A DNA stretch of 64,000 nucleotides, from NCBI GenBank assembly GCA_951406725.2, contig OX597824.1, positions 61,008,001 to 61,072,000 on the forward strand. The letters are read 5' to 3'. Origin of the DNA: Octopus vulgaris (lineage: Eukaryota). Under the pieces are notes generated by a model. That model saw only the letters and a program-made list of their open reading frames with translations. It searched no databases and was not told where the DNA came from. This document shows, in pieces, positions 13,486 through 25,979 of this stretch (its first letter is position 1; every line of letters starts with the position of its first letter). The position numbers and the translations under genes are program-made.

Positions 13486-14011
13486 AAGGCAACACAAATA
13501 TAAGTACCAGTAGAGAACGGGGGGGAGGGGTGATGTAATCGACTTATCCCCTCCCCCAAAATTGCTGTACTTGTGTCAAAAACTGAAGCCAATATATTTG
13601 TCAATCCTTAGTGGTTAAAAACGAAAACATTATTATAATATGTTTATGTATTTGTTTTGTAAGACTCGTGTGTTGAAACAAATATCATAATACTTGAGGA
13701 TCGTCACATTTTGCCAATTAGATACACGCTCTATTTCGTCTTCACTTCAGCTTTATTATCATCATTTTAGGTTCCTTGTCAAAGTTCTTTCGTTACACAT
13801 TCTCTGATCTCTTAAAAGACTCTCGATCCTACGTGTCTCTTGTTCGGCTTATTTCATTTTTTTTGTTTTTGTGATATATATATCGCTATCTGCGCATGCG
13901 TTTGCGTCTTAATCTGCACGCGCGCATGTGTATGTATACGTACTTTTGTGCGTGTGTCTATGTGTTTAGACTGTGTGTTTCGTGTTTGTGTGGTGGGGTG
14001 AGGCGCTTACT

Positions 14012-14200
14012 AAGGCAGTGAGCCGGTAGAATCGTTAGCGTGTCGAACAAAGGGCTAGCAAAATTATTCTGAGCTCGAATCCAGCCGCATCAGTTTTTGC
14101 CTGTCATCCTATCGGGGGCGACAAAATAAAGAATCAATCGAGTACTGGAGCCAGTGTAATCCTACGCATTAACATTGCCCCTCTCTTGCCAAACTTATAA
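14012..14200 (+). mobile_element. SINE family A, diverged
   Basis: aggcagtgagccggtagaatcgttagcg..catcctatcgggggcgacaaaataa. Confidence 0.65.
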
Positions 14201-14332
14201 AGAATTATTATTGTTCCTGATTTGTTAAAATGCTAAACAGCAGTTTCGTAAAAAATGTCTAGCGATTTGCATTTATATTCCGCTGTTGAAATCCTGCATA
14301 GCCGAATTTTCGTCTGCCTTTCGAACGTCTAA

Positions 14333-14813
14333 TCTAATATAATAAATGCGAATGTCAATGCGTCAGTGTATCACACTTTTTCAACTTTACTTCTAAGGAC
14401 CGTAACCCAACATATACCATTTTGGAATCAGGCCGACTCATTGAGTAAATTAAAAACATTCCGGTCCGAATCTGGACCTACAATCCTGAAACTTTGGATT
14501 CCCAAGTTTTCATTACTGCAATTGTTTTCGGCGATTTTTTCGTGATTTTTTTTTTATTGTACGATAACTTAGAAATAAATTTTGAGAATAATCGATATTA
14601 ATTGCTAAATCCAGCGATTATTTTCGGCGATTGTTTACGTGATTTATTGCGACGAATATGATCATCATTGGGATATGACTCTGGAGGAAGCAATTGCAAG
14701 AAATTCTCCAAAACAAGTCAGAGATCTGTTTGCAATTCTTTCCATTCGGGGTCAGAAGTTTGAAAGCTATACACTAGATTAAAAGCCACCCTATCGGGCG
14801 GCTTATAAGCTAG
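14333..14813 (+). mobile_element. Non-autonomous Helitron
   Basis: A|TC start (tctaatataataaatgcg), subterminal hairpin gccaccc-tatc-gggcggc, CTAG|T end, and an internal Rep/Helicase remnant HHWDMTLEEAIARNSPKQVRDLFAIL (~14660-14740). Confidence 0.8.
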
Positions 14814-14854
14814 TAATAATATATGTCTAAGATGCAGTAAATATTCATTTTATT

Positions 14855-15040
14855 AAGGCAGCGAGCTGCATGATCGTTAACGCGCTGGGCAAAATGCTTA
14901 GCGGCATTTTTTCTGATTTTACGTTCCTTTCGGGGTCGATAAAATAAGATAAAATCGATAAAATACCAGTTGTGCACCGGAATTGATGTGATCGACTTAC
15001 CCCTCCCCTGAAATTTCTGGCTTTGAGCCAAAATTTGAAA
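14855..15040 (+). mobile_element. SINE family A
   Basis: aaggcagcgagctg..gggcaaaatgcttagcggcattt..cctttcggggtcgataaaataag. Confidence 0.8.
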
Positions 15041-15042
15041 CA

Positions 15043-15445
15043 CCCTCGCTTAAATGTGGATGTTCTGTTAGAGAACAAACTATACTACGGTAGTTACCAT
15101 TAGAGAAACTCTTATATCGGTTTTTGGTGCAAATTGCAATTGTTTAACAAGCTCACTGGCTAATCTTGACACCAGACGCTGTTCTGGCACTGTTATTCTA
15201 TATATCGATGACAGTGAGATGAGATGTTGCTATCTCTAGAAATCGAGCGTCTATCATTGACAAGACCAAGGAAGGTCGAAATTATCTAATCTGGTGGACT
15301 CGGCGCCGCAGGTGGGTGGGATTTATCTCACTACTAGCGATATAAACAAGAATGAATTTTGCGCTAAACGCCAATAAGAGAGTTTTTCTCGTGGTAACTA
15401 CCGCAGTATAGTTTGTTCTAACAGAAAATCCACTCTTAAGTGGGG
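15043..15445. mobile_element. MITE-like element with ~70 bp imperfect TIRs
   Basis: 15047-15115 is the imperfect reverse complement of 15374-15442; superfamily unassigned. Confidence 0.65.
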
Positions 15446-15811
15446 ATAAATATCACCTCCTGATATTAATATTGTCTCTGCTCCTAATATATATCCTTAC
15501 ACTATTTCCTCCCTCTTAATGCCGGTGACCCTGCTAAGATCAAAAATCTTTATCGTTAATTACTTCCATTCTCACTATCCTAAATTTACGTGTGAGAATA
15601 ATTATTAATTATTTGTAATATTACGAGTAACAACAGTCAGTGATAATGTGTGTGTGTGTGTGTGTGAGCGCGTGTTTAACTATCTATCCACTAAATATCT
15701 AGATAGCTTTCTCTTTATACACACACATACATACGATATATATTTGTGTGTGTGCATGTGTGCATGCGTGTGTGTGTATGTACGAATGTATGTATATGTA
15801 TATAAACGCAA

Positions 15812-15956
15812 GCATGACTGTGTGGTAAGAGGTTCGCTTCTTAACTACATGGTTCCGGGTTCATATTTGGGCAAGTGCCTTCTACTCTAGCCCAGAGCCG
15901 TTCAAAGTCTTGGGAGTAGACTTAGTCGATAGAAACTGAAAGAAGCCCGTCGCGAA

Positions 15957-16015
<59 letters not shown>

Positions 16016-16160
16016 CACTTCTTGACAACCGGTGCCAGCTTGTTTACGTCTCTGCAACTGAGAAAGTTCAGTAAAAGAGACTTAGAAAAATAAATGTTGG
16101 AGAGCGATTTGTTCGACTAAATCCTTCAAGCAGTGCCCCTGAGCAGTGACTGAAACAATG
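15812..16160 (+). mobile_element. SINE family B with internal (GT)n
   Basis: ctgtgtggtaagaggttcgct..ggttccgggttc..gaaactgaaagaagcccgtcg. Confidence 0.8.
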
Positions 16161-16169
16161 ATTACAGTG

Positions 16170-16320
16170 TTGCACTTATGATCGTAAGATTCTGGTTCGA
16201 TTCCGGGACTAGGCAAGGCGTTGCGTTCTTCAGCAAGACACTTCTCTCATTTTGCTGTCATCCACTCAGTTTGCAAAAATGAGTTATCCTGCGACGGACC
16301 GGGAAATCCATGCCTTCAAG
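16170..16320 (+). mobile_element. SINE family C fragment
   Basis: B-box-like ggttcgattcc; homologous to the reverse complement of 55303-55520. Confidence 0.6.
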
Positions 16321-16415
16321 AGGGACATTTTCATCCGTTTTTGATACATGTATATGTGTGTGTGTGTGCGTGCGTGTGTATGTGTATATGTGTGTGTGTA
16401 TCATATATACATATA

Positions 16416-16645
16416 CAGTAATTCTTCGACTATCGCGGGTGTTACGTTCCAGCCCCACACCCGCTATAGGTGAAAATCCGCTGAGTAGAAACAGTATTGT
16501 ACTGTATATTTTTTTATATATTTTTTTATCATTTGTATACATCTATTTTATTATGAATGCAAAACAACACCACGGAGGAATCGACCGACGTAAGCTTAAA
16601 TAATAAACCGCAATAGGTGAACCGCGATATGGCGAGGGATTACTG
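16416..16645. mobile_element. Tigger/pogo-like MITE
   Basis: TA|cagtaattcttcg...cgagggattactg|TA termini with TA TSD, and internal repeated ataggtgaa..ccgc motifs. Confidence 0.8.
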
Positions 16646-16975
16646 TATATGTACGTATGTATATATATATATATATATATATATAATAGATCAGGATTCA
16701 AATGAATCAGGCACTTAAATGATAAAGCACCGGGTGAGGTCGAAAAAATGTATACCCAGCAAAAATAGAGGGTGTACCGAAGTAAAGGCAGAAAGCTGAC
16801 CAAGTTATCTATACGATCAACTGTAACCGACAGAGTACATCATGAGCCCTCAGACTAATGAGGAAATACACATTTCATTAAATGCACGGTCCATAATATA
16901 CTTCGGATCTGCGCAAGGAGTAAGTTCCGAGCGAGGTAAATAATAAATAAATAAATAATGAATAAATAAATAAAT

Positions 16976-17343
16976 AAATAACAAGGGATGGATAATGTGT
17001 CAATCCACTAATGTACTTTACAAGAAGTTTTTAAGTGATTAATGGAGACATCACCTCATTAGGAAAACCATGTTCATCAGGTGAATACATGAATTGCAAC
17101 ATTCAAAAGTACTCAAAAGCCAACAGCTTGTGCCACTTCCTGATTCTATGAGGATTGTCGGCAATCATCAAAGAATCAAGAAGTGGCACAAGCTGTTGGC
17201 TTTTGAGTACTTTTGAATGTTGCAATTCATGTATTCACCTGATGAACATGGTTTTCCTAATGAGGTGATGTCTCCATTAATCACTTAAAAACTTCTTGTA
17301 AAGTACATTAGTGGATTGACACATTATCTGTCCCTTGTTATTT
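16976..17343. repeat. Near-perfect ~370 bp palindrome
   Basis: Left arm (..tgtgtcaatccactaatgtactttacaag..) is the reverse complement of the right arm with very few mismatches; loop tcgg at ~17158-17161. Confidence 0.95.
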
Positions 17344-17377
17344 TTCTACATATATGTGTGTGTGTGTATGTGTGCAT

Positions 17378-17624
<247 letters not shown>

Positions 17625-18339
17625 TACATGCGTGTGTGTGCGTGTATAAACACAGTATGGCTGAAGCTCATTTCATAACCAAGAAGTGTCTGGTTCGATC
17701 CCATTGTGTGACCTAGGGCAAATGTAATTTTCTATTTTTCCGAATTCACCCATACTTACAGAGGATAACTATAAGAGTACACCTGTCTATCGAATACACA
17801 ACCACCTTCGTTTTAATTTGGGTGCAGGCGATTCAGTTGATCGGACAACAGAATTTACATCGTCGAGAGCAAAAGCAGACTTCGTATGTGCCATGTGTGC
17901 AAGAGCATTTAGGACGGAGTTTACTCGAGAAATAGATCCTCTCACCTGCTCCAAAGCCTCTATCTGCAAGCCGTCTTTGTTTAAATGACTTAAATAGTGG
18001 TCAGAGTAAGAACGGGGTTGAAAATCTTTAGTGAGTAACTTTGTCTATCGGTGACAAAGGTCTACTCACTCCGTGTGAATGGTAGATGCTTGTGTTTGAA
18101 GTGATGCTTGTGCTTGAAGTACTTTGCAACAAGGTAGTGAGATTTGGGCCTGAATGCAGAGGATCTACGAATCTAAAAGGAGATGAAGCGAGCTGATAGT
18201 AGGTTGCATGAATGACACAGTACAAATTGTTTAAGAGACAAACTATATAAGAACTTTAGAAGAAGAATCAGATGTGGTTTCCTTCTTACGTCTTCTCACA
18301 GCTCTGCCACCTCTCTCTCTCTCTCTTTCTATTTATCTA

Positions 18340-18391
<52 letters not shown>

Positions 18392-18854
18392 CCTCCACGA
18401 CATCTTCACTTTTGTCTTAACCTGTAATATATCCCTCATCCCTCAACCTTTCCGGTTCCTTGTCATCCCCTTATCTTATGCTCTCTCGCGCACCTTCCGT
18501 CTGCATTTACTCCTTTAATGCTGGATTATCCCTGCACACCCTTTTCTATCATCCTTCTACTTTTCCCCCTCCCCTCTCTCATTTCTTCTAGTGTAACAGT
18601 TCTTTAGTTTTGCGCATATTTCGACCGCACTAGTGACTGGTGCCACAATCAAAGTACCGACTACACTCTGTAAATTGGATAATATTGGCAAGTGCACCCA
18701 ACCTCGAAAATTTGCCGAAAGTGAAACACTAGAGCAAGATCCAATCATCCGACGTTCGGATCCCATCTAATTGTCCAATGCTTACCTGTATGGAAGGTAG
18801 ATGTAAAATAGGAATGATGATGATGATGATATATTGGATATTAAAATGTATATG

Positions 18855-18902
<48 letters not shown>

Positions 18903-19714
18903 CACACACACACACACACATATATATATATTCTCTGTGTCTTTTATTTTTAACATTCACTTCTCTCATTACATCTCATTGATCTTTTTTATTACTTATT
19001 CTTCTTATTTATGTCCCAAACACTAGTAAAATTTCGTATCCTTTCCCCCTCTCTAATTTATCACTTTATCGCTTCTATATTTCTCTTCTTACTACATATC
19101 CTAAAAATGTTCTCTTATCTCTCTTCTTAGCAATAGACTTCGTAAGCATAATACAACCTTAATCGTCATGTTTCCATTTGAATTACCACTTTTCCTCATT
19201 TTCTCTTTTATTATACTTTCATATTACCTTAATACGGATTTTGAGTAAACAAGAGTCCTTACTCCACGTCCACTTCATTCTTTTTAATTCCTCCCCTCCC
19301 CCTATATTTTCATAGATTACATAATTACCTTTCCAGTATAAGCTTTACAAACGTGATTTTTTTTCGTTAAATTTTCTTCATCTGTTTATGATTTTTTATT
19401 AAAAAATACCAAGTATTGTTTTTAACGGTTAGATTTCATTTACATTAGGTAACGTTTTCTCATTGGACATTTCTCTAAGTTACTCGTCCTATGCTACATA
19501 ATTAGCAAATCTATGCTAATCTATAGAGAGAGTGTTATCGATATCTCTATGTTTATATCATCCCCTTACTGTTCATCCGTTAGTTGTGGTTTAATAATTG
19601 ACATGACTCCCATCACTATCACACATAGACAGGAAGAGATAAACATGAAACCCATAGATCCAACTTCTCTGCTCTTTTTTAAAGTTTCTATTATTATTTT
19701 TTCTTTGCACTGAT

Positions 19715-20478
19715 GAGTACTATGGAATTCGAAAATGTAATAAAAATGGAGTAGCTCTTTCGACGTTTTGTACTGAGAATAATCTGGCTGTTACCAACAC
19801 TCTGTTTAAGCAGCAAAATAAATATAAAACCACCTGGATGCACCCAAGATCTAAGCACTGACATCGCATAGATTATATTTTGATATGAAAGATGTTTCTA
19901 GCGTTCGTGCCGTGAGAGGAGCAGAGAGCTGGACTGACCATCGTCTAGTGCGTGAAAAAATAAATTTTTCGATAATGCCTAAAAATCGACAGTTTGGTCC
20001 TAAGGTACCCAAAAAATTAAATGTTGCAAACTTTAAATTATCAAGCAACTTGCAAGACTCAAGAGAGATTTAAGAAAGATTGTTACGATCGAGAAGGGGA
20101 ATCACGATGACCACTTAGTGTGCACAGTTTGTGACAGACCATGTCTTTCTTTTGCTTGACTAAAATCTCATTTGCGAACCCATGGAAAATGAACCTCCAC
20201 CAACTATTCTGCCTATATGTCTGTGCACACTTTTCAATACAATGTATGCCAGAAGGTTTGCAAATCTAACAGAGCCCTCAAAAGACATTTTAAGATTCAC
20301 ATAGATCAGAACTTATCTGCAGCTCTTGGTGGTCTAAATCGGATATGCAATCCATGTGGGTGTCTTTTCAAAATATTGTCTGTTTTAAAAAGCCACATCA
20401 GATACTATGATGGTTCAAAGATGTAGGTACAGGAGGTGGTCAAACTCTGCATAAGGAGTAGACAACCACCATATATAT
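19715..20478 (+). mobile_element. Internally deleted RTE element: EN C-terminus fused to a 3' end with three C2H2-like fingers
   Basis: NLAVTNTLFKQQNKYKTTWMHPRSKH..GAESWTDHRLV, then CTVCDRPCLSFA*LKSHLRTH, YNVCQKVCKSNRALKRHFKIH and CNPCGCLFKILSVLKSHIRYY. Ends accacc followed by (AT)n. Confidence 0.75.
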
Positions 20479-20759
20479 GGATCGAAACAGTCTAATAGAA
20501 ATTCGTTGGTGTTCTTGAGTTTCAAACGTGATGCTTGTCGTCAGCCATCTTGAATATGAATGACAGAAGATGATTGTTATTACGGCAAGGTGGGCTGTGA
20601 TTAGTCGAGGAAGGTTGTGGTTTGATGTTGGAATATGGGTAACAGTTAGTTGGAAAATACCGCAAGGTAAACAGGAAACTGACTGCATGGAGAACGGAAA
20701 ATAAGCCACGAGGAGGTAAGGAAATCAGTCACATTGTTGGAAGGGAAGTAGGAAGGGGC

Positions 20760-21090
20760 GGTATGTGCAAGTATATAGTGGTATATGTGGGTGTGTAAAC
20801 GCGCTCATATGGTTTTGCGTGCATGTATGTATTGATGCGAGCATGTGCATTTGTACTTGGGCGCGCATATGACACACACATACATATGGACGAACACGTA
20901 CGCGTGAACATGCATGCATACACACGCACATATGCGCAAATGTGCACACACATGTTCGCACACACACACATGCGTATTCATTCATATGTACATATGTATA
21001 TTCACATGCATGTACGCATGCACACCAGTGTGCGCGCCACACACGTGTATGTTCACGCGCGCGCATTCGTGAGTATACACGCGCAAAACA
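20760..21090. repeat. Degenerate alternating purine-pyrimidine (CA/TG/CG) tract
   Basis: Direct reading. Confidence 0.85.
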
Positions 21091-21176
21091 AGCGTTGGGG
21101 TTTGGTAAGCATTGGGGATTAGTAAGCATTCGGGATTGGTAATTGGCAGTCCTGCTCAGGGAGAGAGAGATCAATA

Positions 21177-21375
<199 letters not shown>

Positions 21376-21491
21376 GGATGGATGTATTCATACAATAGTA
21401 ATTATTCTCACGCTTAAATTCATAATAGTGTGAAAGCATGTGTCTGTGTATATATATGCATATATGTACGTATGAATGTATGCTCATACAC

Positions 21492-21523
<32 letters not shown>

Positions 21524-22071
21524 GTATATCATTTGTTTTCACACATCATTCTATAATAGTGAGAATATATATAATGAACAATACTTTCTCTGTATATTCT
21601 CTTTTAATGACAATAATGTATTTGAACTTAGACACCAGATAAATTTTGCTCAAATTGCCTTATGATGGTCAAAATGGCACAATCACACTACACAACACAA
21701 ACTACTAAAAATATATCTACAAATAATTAGTTTCGCACCAATCCATCAATTTCGAAAAATAAACTATAACACGAGTTGGAAACCTGGTTATATAAATGGA
21801 GAAAATAATACAGTAATTTAGGGTAATTAGTTTTGAAGAACTGGAACAGTGAGAAATTTTAACCCCAGAGGTGAATTATTACTCATGGAAGGCGAAAGAG
21901 ATTGTTTTGAACATTTATGATAATTATTCAGTAATTCCGAACTTGAAGGCTTTGATCCTTTTAAATAGAGCATGTATACTAAACCTGAACTTATTTATAT
22001 ATGTATGCATATATAGGGAGAGAAAGAAAAAGAATGAGAGATAGAGAGCACGAGAGAAATTCAGTTTCCTT

Positions 22072-22205
22072 TACGACGAGCTTCTTTCAGTTTCCTTTAC
22101 TAAACCAACTTACAAGATTTTGGTCGGCCCAAGGTTATAGTAGAAGATAAGTGCCACGGCCGGCGCCACGCAGTGAGACTAAATCCAGAACCGTGTGGTT
22201 GGGAA
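22072..22205 (-). mobile_element. SINE family B fragment
   Basis: cttctttcagtttcc..tttggtcggccc..tagtagaagata. Confidence 0.7.
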
Positions 22206-22210
22206 TATAT

Positions 22211-22268
<58 letters not shown>

Positions 22269-22269
<1 letters not shown>

Positions 22270-23540
22270 GAGAGGCGTTCAATAAGTAATGCCTCCGACC
22301 CACTTGCAGTTGTTTGATCTAGCTGAAATTTTGCATGTGCAATTATTTATATCTCTATAGATGAAGTGGCAAATTACAGCTCTGAACTAATTGTGGTTTC
22401 TGATTTACAGGTGTTTGAACTGAGTCAAGTGTGAAATGAAGCATGTTGAGTGTCGAGCAGTGATCTGGTTTTTGTATTTGAAAGGACGCACACCACAGGA
22501 GACTTTTGATGAAATGAAAGTAACTTATGGTGATGATGCCCCATCATATGACCTTATAAAACGCTGGCATCATGAATTCAAACATGGTCGGAACTCTGTG
22601 GAAACAGCTCCCAGATCTGGTTGCCCCCTTCTGCCATTGATGAGGCATCTGTCAGTCAAGTTGAGGCTGCCACTTTGGAAGATCGACGCATAACTATTCG
22701 CCAAATAGCCCATGAGGTCAAGATTAGTACCGGGTCTGTGGAAACTATCATTCATGACCATTTGCATATGCAAAAGGTGTCTGCCAGATGGATTCCCAAG
22801 TTGCTCACACCTTTCCAGAAGCAAGAACGCGTCGAGTGCTCGAGAATGAATTTGGAGATGTGCCAAGAAGATGAGTCAAAATTTTTCAAAAGACTGATTA
22901 CACAGGATGAAACCTGGGTCCATCACTATGATCCAGAGACCAAAGCCCAGTCAATGCAGTGGAAGCACCGTGACTCACCTCCTCCAAAGAAGGCAAGAGT
23001 GCAGCCCTCCGCTGGCAAGGTCATGCTCACAGTCTTCTGGGACTAGGACGGAGTAGTGATGACAGATTTCCTGGCAAAGGGTACCACAATTATAGGAGCC
23101 TATTATGCTTCACTTTTGAGGAAATTAAGAGACGCTATCAAAATCAAGAGGCGGGGCAAGATCAGCAAAGGCATCCTCCTCCTGCAGGACAACGCTCCGG
23201 TCCACAACTCGCGTGTCGCCAGATCAGAAGCACAGGCGTGCGGCTATGAACTCTTCCCCCATCCCCCCTACTGATTTTCACCTCTTCCCAGCCATGAAGT
23301 TGTTTTTGAAAGGAAAACATTTCCCAGATGATGCAGCCTTGATTTCTGAAGTCACATTGTGGTTGGAGGACCAAGGTGGGGTCTTCTACAAAAACGGTCT
23401 CCAGAGCTGCATCAAACGATGGGGAAAATGCGTAACTCTGGGTGGTTCCTATGTAGAAAAAGACTAATAACTGTGCCAAGTTTCGTTGCTCTACTGCTAT
23501 GGGAAGTGGGTCAGGGGTATTACTTATTGAACGCCCCTCG
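22269..23540 (+). mobile_element. Full-length mariner transposon (1272 bp)
   Basis: TIRs cgagaggcgttcaataagtaatgcc / ggtattacttattgaacgcccctcg with TA flanks. Confidence 0.95.
22436..23467 (+). pseudogene. Mariner DD34D transposase pseudogene (irritans-like)
   Basis: WIPKLL, TQDETWVHHY, LLQDNAPVH, HPPY[SPDLAPS deleted]DFHLF. Frameshift near 22625, TAG at 23044, and a deletion-frameshift near 23270. Confidence 0.9.
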
Positions 23541-23599
23541 TACATATATATATATACATATACATACATACATATATATACATACATACATATTTATAT

Positions 23600-25829
23600 A
23601 TATTTGTTGGTCTTTACGGGCCTCCTCAAGCACCTCTAAAGTGCTTTGAAGAGTGCCTCAACAAAATCAAGCCCACAAATACTCTGAAGTTAGGCAAATG
23701 TTCTACATCAGATAAAGCAGCAGCAGAATTACTCTTTAATCTAATGGATAAATTCTTCCTGACTCAGTTAGTGCGAAAACCAACAAGACGGAATAGAACG
23801 ATCTTGGATCTAATATTAACCAACCACTCTAGCTCCGTTCACAGTATTTCAGTTGAAAAAACTCTCCTCTCAGACCACGAGAGGATACTCTGCAATTTTA
23901 ATTCCCTGCATATCAAAACCAAACCAGTCAATCCCAATCCATGGCACTCATTTGACAACATAAACTTCCACAAAACGGACTGGGGAGCAATCAGAAAGGA
24001 TCTATTCTTCATCGACCGGTCTTTCATTCTCAGTTCCACTCACATTGAGACGGCATGGCAGCACTTTGAGAACATTGTCACCTATACATTCTCAAAATAC
24101 GCTCCTACGAAATCCACTAACATAAACAGAAACCGGCTCCCTAAAAAGAAAAAAAAACACTCATCAGGTGCATCAAAAGACTCAATAAAAAAATCAGCCA
24201 ATTACAATAGCCCCAAATATAACATCCACATTTAACAACAATGAAAAGGCTGGAGTTGGAAAAACTTCATCTGCAAACCGACATAAAAACCTCCACTGAA
24301 AATCAAAAAGCTGCGAAGGAACAGTGGGTAGGCAAAAACATCAAACAGAACCCAAAATGTTCTATTATTATGTAAATAAGCATAGAACTGCTGTCTTACC
24401 CATTGGGCCATTGATTGATGATAACGGCATTCCCAGCATGATGCTAAAGAAATGGCAGAAATACTGCAGAAACAATACTGCTCTGTCTTTAGTGATCCCA
24501 CTGATATTGACGTAAGAGAAGCGAACGAAGTTGATTCCCAGCATAAAATCTCGGACAACCTTCACTGCCTCTGACATCATAGCAGCAATAAATAAGGTCA
24601 AATACTATTCTGCTGTAGGCCCTGATAGATTCCCTGCTAGTCTCCTGAAGGAATGTAAAGAGCAACTTGCAGTTCTTCTTACCAACCTCTGGAGGAATTC
24701 TTTAGACTCAGGCTATATCCCGAAACAGCTCCTATCCCAAGTCTGTTATGCTGGTTTTCAAACAGGGAAACAGATCCCTCGCAGTTAACTATCGCTCAAT
24801 CTCATTCACCTCCCACATCATTAAAGTGTTTGAAAGAGTGGTAAGATCAAGGATAGCTGACTTCCTGGAGACCCACAAACTCCTAAATGCAAATCAGCAT
24901 GGCTTTCGCTGTGGCAGGGACTGTCTGACACAGCTCTTATACCACATTGAATATATACTTAAAGCCTTGGGAACAGGTTCGAACTCTGATGTCATATATT
25001 TTGACTTCAGTAAAGCCTTCGACAGGGTTGATCATAAAACCCTACTCTCAAAATTGGCAAATGTTGGAATCCGTGGAAAACTTCTACACTGGATTAAGTA
25101 TTTCCTGGCGAATAGACCACAACATTTTGTAGTTGATGGAGTCCACTCAAGTCCAGCAAAAGTCGCCAGTGGTGTACCTCGGGGGACTGTCTTGGGCCCT
25201 CTCCTCTTTATAATTTACATAAATGGCCTTTCCAGCGTCGTAAATCACTGCAAAGTGAAAATATTTGCTGACGACACTAAGCTCCAGCAAATCATCAATG
25301 AAGAAGACCGGACTCAACTCCAGTCTGATCTATATGCTGTGAGTCAATGGGGAGACAAAAACAAAATGAAACTGAACGAGGGAAAATTTGAGCTGATGCA
25401 TTTTGGAAGAGAGTCCATACTAAAACAGCCATACTCTCTTCCTTCAGGGGAACTGCTCACAGCCTCTAGCAATATCAGAGACCTGGGTGTAATTGTAGAT
25501 AACAATCTCAGTTGGAGTGCCTACATCAACAATAAGGTCGATATAGCTCGTAGGATGAGCTCCTGAATCTTCGGAACCTTCCAGTCCAGAGAACAAGATG
25601 TCATCATTCCACTTTTGTCCTTTGTACGACCACACCTCGAATACTGCTGTCCCTTGTGGTCTCCCTATACAAAACAAAACATCTCGAGGATTGAATCACC
25701 CAAGAGGGCAACTCACTAAACGAATTGAAGGCATGACTGATCTCGATTATTGGGACCGCCTTAAATTCCCCACAGCGTACAAATGGTGTACCGTTCGTGG
25801 CAACACTGGAGGGAGTAGAGTTTCAAGGC
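23600..25829 (+). mobile_element. CR1/L2-group LINE, degraded ORF2 (EN end plus RT)
   Basis: PTRRNRTILDLILTN..SDH; NYRSISFTS..QHGFR..DFSKAFDRVDH..SGVPRGTVLGPLLF..FADD..RDLGV..VRPHLEYC. Confidence 0.9.
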
Positions 25830-25979
25830 TTTAAGGCGGTCCCAATAATCGAGATCAGTCATGCCTTCAATTCGTTTAGTGAGTTGCCCTCTTGGGTGAT
25901 TCAATCCTCGAGATGTTTTGTTTTGTATAGGGAGACCACAAGGGACAGCAGTATTCGAGGTGTGGTCGTACAAAGGACA
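25616..25979. repeat. Fold-back inverted duplication: 150 bp arms (25616-25765, 25830-25979) with a 64 bp spacer
   Basis: Arms read as exact reverse complements, and the spacer continues the LINE frame on the minus strand. Confidence 0.95.

Noticed and set aside
19710-19740. CTGATGA..GAAA as a hammerhead
   Set aside because: No convincing stems, and it overlaps RTE endonuclease coding sequence (YGIRKCN).
20725-21174. Cys/His-rich ORFs
   Set aside because: Products of alternating CA/TG repeats.
24748-25566. 272 aa RT ORF as a domesticated or active reverse transcriptase
   Set aside because: It is bounded by frameshifts and stops within a decayed LINE ORF2.
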